From: Betaproteobacteria bacterium
GTDB lineage: Bacteria > Pseudomonadota > Gammaproteobacteria > Burkholderiales > Usitatibacteraceae
Assembly: GCA_031394355.1 (NCBI GenBank)
Contig: JANNSU010000023.1
Coordinates: 6,548-70,547, forward strand
Reading direction: 5' to 3'
Length of the DNA stretch: 64,000 nucleotides
Under the pieces are notes generated by a model. The model worked only from the letters and a program-made list of their open reading frames with translations. It was not told the origin of the DNA and did no database searches. Each line of letters starts with the position of its first letter. Position 1 is the first letter of the stretch. The translations under genes and the position numbers were made by a program. Positions 55,221 to 64,000 of this stretch are shown here, one piece after another.

Positions 55221-57059
55221 TCAGCGCTGCTCGCCAAAAGGCAGCTGAAAGGTGCCGCTGTCTTCGGCATTGAATGCCGGCTTGGCCACGACATAGTCGC
55301 GGATCCGCATGATGCGTGAATGCTTCAACCGACCCTCGATCTGCTCGTCAATGCTGCTCCCTGTCTGGCGCAGCGCCGCGTACACGCGGTCGAACGCCTC
55401 AACCACGACCGGGTCGAACCAGGTGCCCGACAGGCGCCGGATTTCCGCCATTGCCTCGTCCACAGACCAGGCATGTTTGTACGGCCGCTCATGGGTCAGC
55501 GCATCGAACACATCGACAACAGCGGTGATGCGGCCGGCCAACGGAATGCCTTCGCGGATGAGTCCCTGCGGGTAGCCCGTTCCATCCCAGTGCTCATGGT
55601 GAGACAGTGCCACTTTCTCTGCCAGGCGGATCTGCGGCGTCTTGCTGCGCGAGAGCAGGCGAGCGCCCAGCACGGTATGACGCTTCATCACGTCGAATTC
55701 CGGTGCTGTCAGTTTTCCGGGTTTGCGCAGAAGATCGTCCGGAATGCCGATCTTGCCGATGTCGTGCAATCGTGCCGCGATCTCGATGGCGTCGGTCTCG
55801 ACGGGTGTGAGACCCATCTCGAGCGCGACCAGATTGGCCCACTTGCCGACGCGATAGCAATGCATGCCGGTCACGTCGTCGCGCAGCTCGGCCGCAATGG
55901 CGACCCGCTCCAGCACTTCGACCTGTGAATCAATCATGCGCTTGCGCAGATTGGCAGTCTGCAGCCGAAAGTCGTTGGTGGCAAGCAGGTTGGCGGCGGT
56001 GAGCGAGCTGTCGCGCGCGTCGGCGTCGATGAGCCCCAGCTCGGCGAGACGCTTCCTGGCTTGGTCGAAGTCCACCCGCTCCGTCAGGCCCGACAACCGC
56101 TGCAGATACATCAGCGCCGACTTGGGGTGGCCTTCCTTCTCGTAAATGGTCACCAGCGCGGACAACACGTCCTTGGTCACGGCGGAGTCGGTGCTGGCCC
56201 GCAACAGCAGATCCTTCAGCGTCTGGATGGCCTGGCGCAGCCGACCTTTTTCATGATCGATGAGGGCAGCGGCCACGGACACCTTCAGCGCGGCACTTGG
56301 GCAGCCCGAGCTCTGCACGACGTCGCGGGCAGCGATCAACTCGTGCTCGGCGGCGCCGAGGCGGCCGCGCAGCAGGTGCAGCCGCGACAGCAGCACATGG
56401 GTCATGCACAGATGCGGCCGATGCGGCGTATCGTCGCGGAGGGATTCCAGCAGCACGCGATTGCCGAGCTCGATGCCGCGCTCAGCCTGATGCGTGGCGA
56501 GGCAGGCCTCGGCCATGTTGTTGAGTGCCGCCATGAGCACGACGGGATTGATGGGCTCGCGGGCATGCATGGCCAGCACGCGCTCGCCCAGCTTGAGGCC
56601 GTCCCAATGGGCGCCGAAGTCGACGAACAGGGCGGAAAGATTGGTGATGACGCGAGCCTGCGCGTCGCGATCGTTCAGTCTCCGCGCGATCTCTGCAGTC
56701 TGGACGAAGGCTTCGAAGGACTGGCCGAAGTCGCCCATGCCCATGAACAGAGAGCCCTTCACATTGTAGAGCTGGCGCTTCAAGTCGCTGTCCGGCAGTT
56801 GCGCCGCAACCCGCTCGGCTCGCTCAAGGGCGATGAGCCCGTCGCGCGGCGTCGCCGCGGCGAAACAGGATCGGGCGATGAGGATCAGCGCGCGTATCAG
56901 ACTTTCGTGATCCGCCTCCGCAACGTCCCGGCTGAGAAGGGATTCACGCGCTGCAAGGAACACGGCGATGTTGGGTGTGACTTTGCTGTGGAGATAGGCG
57001 TCCTCCAAAAAATCGAGCACTTCAGGGATGGGCCGTCCGGCCAGAACGCAAGTAGACAT
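55221..57059 (-). CDS. HD-GYP domain phosphodiesterase with a long helical (TPR-like) N-terminal region
   Basis: LHDIGKIGIPD and HHEHWDGTGYPQGL motifs in the C-terminal third. About 380 aa of helical repeats at the N-terminus. Confidence 0.8.
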   Translation of the reverse strand: MSTCVLAGRPIPEVLDFLEDAYLHSKVTPNIAVFLAARESLLSRDVAEADHESLIRALILIARSCFAAATPRDGLIALERAERVAAQLPDSDLKRQLYNVKGSLFMGMGDFGQSFEAFVQTAEIARRLNDRDAQARVITNLSALFVDFGAHWDGLKLGERVLAMHAREPINPVVLMAALNNMAEACLATHQAERGIELGNRVLLESLRDDTPHRPHLCMTHVLLSRLHLLRGRLGAAEHELIAARDVVQSSGCPSAALKVSVAAALIDHEKGRLRQAIQTLKDLLLRASTDSAVTKDVLSALVTIYEKEGHPKSALMYLQRLSGLTERVDFDQARKRLAELGLIDADARDSSLTAANLLATNDFRLQTANLRKRMIDSQVEVLERVAIAAELRDDVTGMHCYRVGKWANLVALEMGLTPVETDAIEIAARLHDIGKIGIPDDLLRKPGKLTAPEFDVMKRHTVLGARLLSRSKTPQIRLAEKVALSHHEHWDGTGYPQGLIREGIPLAGRITAVVDVFDALTHERPYKHAWSVDEAMAEIRRLSGTWFDPVVVEAFDRVYAALRQTGSSIDEQIEGRLKHSRIMRIRDYVVAKPAFNAEDSGTFQLPFGEQR

Positions 57060-57383
57060 GGCTTCCTCAGACTTTCAGCGTTGAACGGTATGCAACGCGA
57101 GCAGTAACTCTTCCTGCAGGGTTTTCCATCTGGCCAGCCCCTGAATCGTCTGATTAGAACTGATTGCACCGACATGGTCGGGCAACCCGCAGCTCATTGG
57201 ATGTATGTGGGCCGTGATGCAATAACGTGTGACGTCTCAATGCACTAAATTGGTTGTGCGCGGGGATCAATCCTTACACCCGTTGCCAGGCACCATTCAC
57301 GCACCATGTGCCCAGCTGTCGACCGTCTACGCGGCATGGCAACCGGTTGGCTATGTAGGGCAAGGCCTGCGAGATACCCGGCG

Positions 57384-58253
57384 CTACAACTGCGTGCGCA
57401 CATCCCACAGCTCCGGGAAGAGCCGTACATCCAGCATGCCCTTGAGATAATCGACCCCGGACGTGCCGCCCGTGCCGCGCTTGAAGCCGATGACGCGTTG
57501 TACCGTGGTCATGTGACGGAAGCGCCATTGCCGAAACGCGTCCTCCAGATCGACCAGCTTTTCGGCCAACTCGTAGAGATCCCAGTGACGCGCTGGATCG
57601 CCATAGACCATGAGCCAGCTGTCCGAAACCGACGCATCCGATGCGTAAGGGAGCGTCCAGTCGCGCACGGTGACGCTGTCCGCAACGGGCAGGCCGCGCC
57701 GGGACAACAGGCGCAGTGACTCGTCGTACAGCGACGGCGAATCCAGCATCGCCTTGACCTCGGCATGTACCGGCCCACGATGCGCGAACGGGGCCAACAG
57801 GGACGCATTCTTGTTGCCCAGCATGAACTCGATCATCCGGTACTGATGCGACTGGAACCCGGAGGACTTGCCCAGGCTTTCACGGAAAGCCGAATATTCG
57901 CTGGGCGTCAGGGTCGAGAGGATGTCCCAGGCCTGGATCAGGTTGTCCATGATGCGGGCCACTCTCGCCATCATCTTGAAGGCAGGCTGCAGGTCATCCG
58001 CGATGATGCGGCCGCGTGCCGCAGTAAGCTCATGCAACATCAGCTTCATCCACAGCTCCGTCGTCTGGTGCTGGATGATGAAGAGCAGCTCATTGTGGTC
58101 GCTGGACTGCGGCGTCTGCGCGGACAGAAGATGGTCAAGCCCGAGGTAATCCCCGTAGCTCATGTCGTTGCTGAAATCGGCGAACGCCCCGTCGGGCATG
58201 GTCGCGCCGTGGCCAAACGGGCAATCAGTCTTTGTGGTCATGATGTCCTCCAA
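57384..58253 (-). CDS. kynA: Tryptophan 2,3-dioxygenase
   Basis: [16 protein letters not shown] ... [19 protein letters not shown] ... [11 protein letters not shown]. Confidence 0.9.
   Translation of the reverse strand: MEDIMTTKTDCPFGHGATMPDGAFADFSNDMSYGDYLGLDHLLSAQTPQSSDHNELLFIIQHQTTELWMKLMLHELTAARGRIIADDLQPAFKMMARVARIMDNLIQAWDILSTLTPSEYSAFRESLGKSSGFQSHQYRMIEFMLGNKNASLLAPFAHRGPVHAEVKAMLDSPSLYDESLRLLSRRGLPVADSVTVRDWTLPYASDASVSDSWLMVYGDPARHWDLYELAEKLVDLEDAFRQWRFRHMTTVQRVIGFKRGTGGTSGVDYLKGMLDVRLFPELWDVRTQL
57890..57901. repeat. Palindrome variant CCGAATATTCGC (11/12)
   Basis: Inside kynA, read as E-Y-S. Confidence 0.65.
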
Positions 58254-58342
58254 GGCGGGCAGTGTAGCGCGTGCGGCGGGCGCCGCGTGCGGTCTGCGCG
58301 CGCTACTGCGCGCACTGACAGCGCAGCAGGTAGCATCACGCC

Positions 58343-59521
58343 ATGGACAGATTCGATGTGATCATCATCGGCGGCGGTTGCATGGGCGTGTGCACCGCCC
58401 ATTTCCTCAAGACGCTGGATGCGAATATTCGCACTGCAGTCGTTGAGCCTGATCCCACGTACGAATTCGCCTCGACGCTGAAGGCCTCCGGCGGCGCACG
58501 GCGACTTTTCTCATGCCCCGAGAACATCGCCATGTCCAACTTCGGCATCGATTTCATGGAGCATTTTGCGGAGCACGTCACGGTAGACGCCGGGCCGGCA
58601 GATATGCCACCCGATCTGCAATGGCGCGCCAACGGCTATCTCTTCATCGTGCCGCCGTCTGGCGTGAACGTCATCGAGGACAACGCCGTGCTGCAACGCG
58701 CGCAGGGCGTGGAAGTCGAGCTGCTGGATCAAGCTGCGCTCAAGCGACGCTATCCGTCCATGCAAGTGAAGGACCTTGGCGGCGCCGCACTGTCGCCGCG
58801 CGATGGCTGGTGCGACCCCAACAGTTTCCTGCAAGGCGTGAAAAAGAAGGCACGGTCTGCGGGCGTTGAATTCATCACGGATCGTGTGGTCGGCATGGTG
58901 CACGACCATGCTGCTGTACGATCCGTGCGTTTGCAAAGCGGGCGTGCGCTTCACGCCGACCATGTCGTCAATGCCGCTGGGGCGTGGGCTGCGGGGATTG
59001 GCGCGATGGCTGGCATGTCGCTCCCCATCACGCCGCTGCCCCGGGACGAGTACTACTTCACCTGCGAAAGCGCCGTCGAGCCGCTGCCGTTCGTGAAGGA
59101 TCTCTCCCGACTCGCGTTCCGACCGGAGGGGTTGGGCTACTCGGGCGGACTGGTAGACGGCAACCGCGCACGTGGCTTCACCTTCGATGTGGACCATGAC
59201 TACTTTGACAAGGTGATGTGGCCCGCACTCGCGCATCGCTTTCCCGCCATGGAGGCGGTGAAACTGCAGAGCGCCTGGTGCGGGTTGTATGAACAGTGCG
59301 AGCTGGATGGCAATCCCATCATCGGCCGGTGGGATGCAGGTCTCGCCAATTTCCATGTGCTCGCGGGCTTCTCCGGCCACGGCCTCATGCATGCGCCGGC
59401 AGCAGGGCGTGCCATCGCCGAGCTCATCGTCAAGGGCGAATATTCGCAGATCGATCTCACGCGACTGGGCTATGCGAGAGTGATCGCCAACGCGCCTTAT
59501 GCTGAGCGGGGGATACTTTGA
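58343..59521 (+). CDS. FAD-dependent oxidoreductase (DAO family)
   Basis: N-terminal [12 protein letters not shown] dinucleotide-binding motif. 392 aa. Contains two palindrome copies (ANIR, EYS). Confidence 0.75.
   Translation: MDRFDVIIIGGGCMGVCTAHFLKTLDANIRTAVVEPDPTYEFASTLKASGGARRLFSCPENIAMSNFGIDFMEHFAEHVTVDAGPADMPPDLQWRANGYLFIVPPSGVNVIEDNAVLQRAQGVEVELLDQAALKRRYPSMQVKDLGGAALSPRDGWCDPNSFLQGVKKKARSAGVEFITDRVVGMVHDHAAVRSVRLQSGRALHADHVVNAAGAWAAGIGAMAGMSLPITPLPRDEYYFTCESAVEPLPFVKDLSRLAFRPEGLGYSGGLVDGNRARGFTFDVDHDYFDKVMWPALAHRFPAMEAVKLQSAWCGLYEQCELDGNPIIGRWDAGLANFHVLAGFSGHGLMHAPAAGRAIAELIVKGEYSQIDLTRLGYARVIANAPYAERGIL
58421..58432. repeat. GCGAATATTCGC palindrome, exact (14-bp form), inside a CDS
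   Basis: In the FAD oxidoreductase CDS, read as A-N-I-R. Confidence 0.95.
59436..59447. repeat. GCGAATATTCGC palindrome, exact, inside a CDS
   Basis: In the FAD oxidoreductase CDS, read as (G)-E-Y-S-(Q). Confidence 0.95.
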
Positions 59522-59540
59522 ATCTTTGCCAAAGCGACAC

Positions 59541-59684
59541 GCAAACACAGATGAACACGGATGAACACAGATGTGTTCCGGGTTCTGCCTTGTCGGTGAA
59601 ATGCATGACCACGTCATGCGGCTATATCGACCCTCACAGCGGGATGCCAGAAATCCGTGTTCATCCGTGTTCATCTGTGTTTGC
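59541..59684. repeat. Repeat family A, copy 2: 144-bp element with ~30-bp inverted repeats
   Basis: GCAAACACAGATGAACACGGATGAACACAG at 59541..59570 versus the reverse complement of 59655..59684 (29/30). Shares the core CAGATGAACRCGGATGAACRCAGA with copy 1. The internal sequence is unrelated. Confidence 0.85.
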
Positions 59685-59702
59685 GTTGGACGTGGTCTTG
59701 CC

Positions 59703-63413
<3,711 letters not shown>

Positions 63414-63528
63414 GAGTCATGCCATATCGATCTTCCAACCTTGGATGTTGTCTTGTGACAACGGGCGTACAAAAAGTACTTGCCGCCATGCCGGTTGCGT
63501 ATAAAATAGGCGCCCTTTCGACGAATTC

Positions 63529-63571
63529 CGCCCGCCTCCTGAACGCAACTCAGGTCGGGCGTTTATTTTTT
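63529..63571 (+). terminator. Probable rho-independent terminator
   Basis: CGCCCGCCTCCTGA...TCAGGTCGGGCG bulged stem followed by TTTATTTTTT, between the oxoprolinase-like gene and dusB. Confidence 0.6.
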
Positions 63572-63597
63572 ACTCGCCACCCGTTCACGCCAAGCTC

Positions 63598-64000
63598 ATG
63601 CGCATCGGCAACATCCAGCTCAAGAACAACCTGATCGTCGCCCCCATGGCGGGTGTGACCGATCGGCCGTTCCGTCAGCTCTGCAAGCTGATGGGGGCCG
63701 GCATGGCGGTGTCGGAAATGGTGGCGTCGAACTCGTTGCTGTGGGGGTCGGAGAAAACCATCCGCCGTGGCAATCATGAAGGCGAAGTCGAGCCCAAGGT
63801 GATCCAGATCGCCGGTTCTGATCCGGCCATGCTGGCCGAGGCCGCCAAGTACAACGTGGACAACGGTGCCCAGATCATCGACATCAACATGGGCTGCCCG
63901 GCCAAGAAGATCTGCAATGTGTATGCCGGTTCGGCGCTCATGCAGGATGAACCGCTGATCGGCCGCATCCTGAAAGCGGTGGTCGGTGCAGTCGACGTGC
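63598..64000 (+). CDS. dusB: tRNA-dihydrouridine synthase B, 5' partial (runs off the window)
   Basis: My own translation: MRIGNIQLKNNLIVAPMAGVTDRPFRQLCKLMGAG...IDINMGCPAKK. No stop codon before the window end. Confidence 0.85.
   Translation, partial: MRIGNIQLKNNLIVAPMAGVTDRPFRQLCKLMGAGMAVSEMVASNSLLWGSEKTIRRGNHEGEVEPKVIQIAGSDPAMLAEAAKYNVDNGAQIIDINMGCPAKKICNVYAGSALMQDEPLIGRILKAVVGAVDV

Overview
This is a high-GC (about 65% by eye, not computed) proteobacterial chromosomal segment, probably a gamma- or betaproteobacterium; the taxon cannot be fixed from sequence alone. It is densely coded, with about 58 supportable genes. I recognised no rRNA, tRNA, CRISPR array, transposase, integrase or phage genes. 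Recognisable content: (1) a periplasmic nitrate reductase cluster, napDAGHBC, with a divergent napF and an FNR-like box; (2) a phosphonate-type ABC importer, phnDCEE; (3) phoD, tdk, an orphan pilU, kynA, a fused hydantoinase A/B (5-oxoprolinase-like) gene and a partial dusB; (4) a deacetylase gene followed by a PatZ-type acetyltransferase gene and a sodium:solute symporter gene; (5) nucleotide-signalling genes (a 7TMR-DISM class III cyclase, a dual cNMP-binding protein and an HD-GYP protein); (6) many secreted hydrolases and hypothetical proteins. The strongest signal is not a gene. The 12-bp perfect palindrome GCGAATATTCGC occurs 26 times exactly, and 11 of those carry the full 14-bp form TGCGAATATTCGCA. 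At least six further copies have one or two mismatches. Fifteen exact copies lie in the short intergenic spacers, often right at gene ends. Eleven lie inside genuine CDSs, read in all three frames as RIFA, ANIR or EYS. That pattern indicates selection on the DNA word itself, as with an uptake-signal-like or HIP1-like iterated palindrome or a very abundant protein-binding or modification site. I could not match it to any described element. Other findings are three families of REP/MITE-like inverted-repeat elements (one ends in a half copy of the palindrome), a hairpin element inserted in frame in the oxoprolinase gene, a 5 x 18 bp tandem repeat between phnD and phnC, and two decayed genes. All functional calls rest on my reading of the ORF translations; no database search was run.
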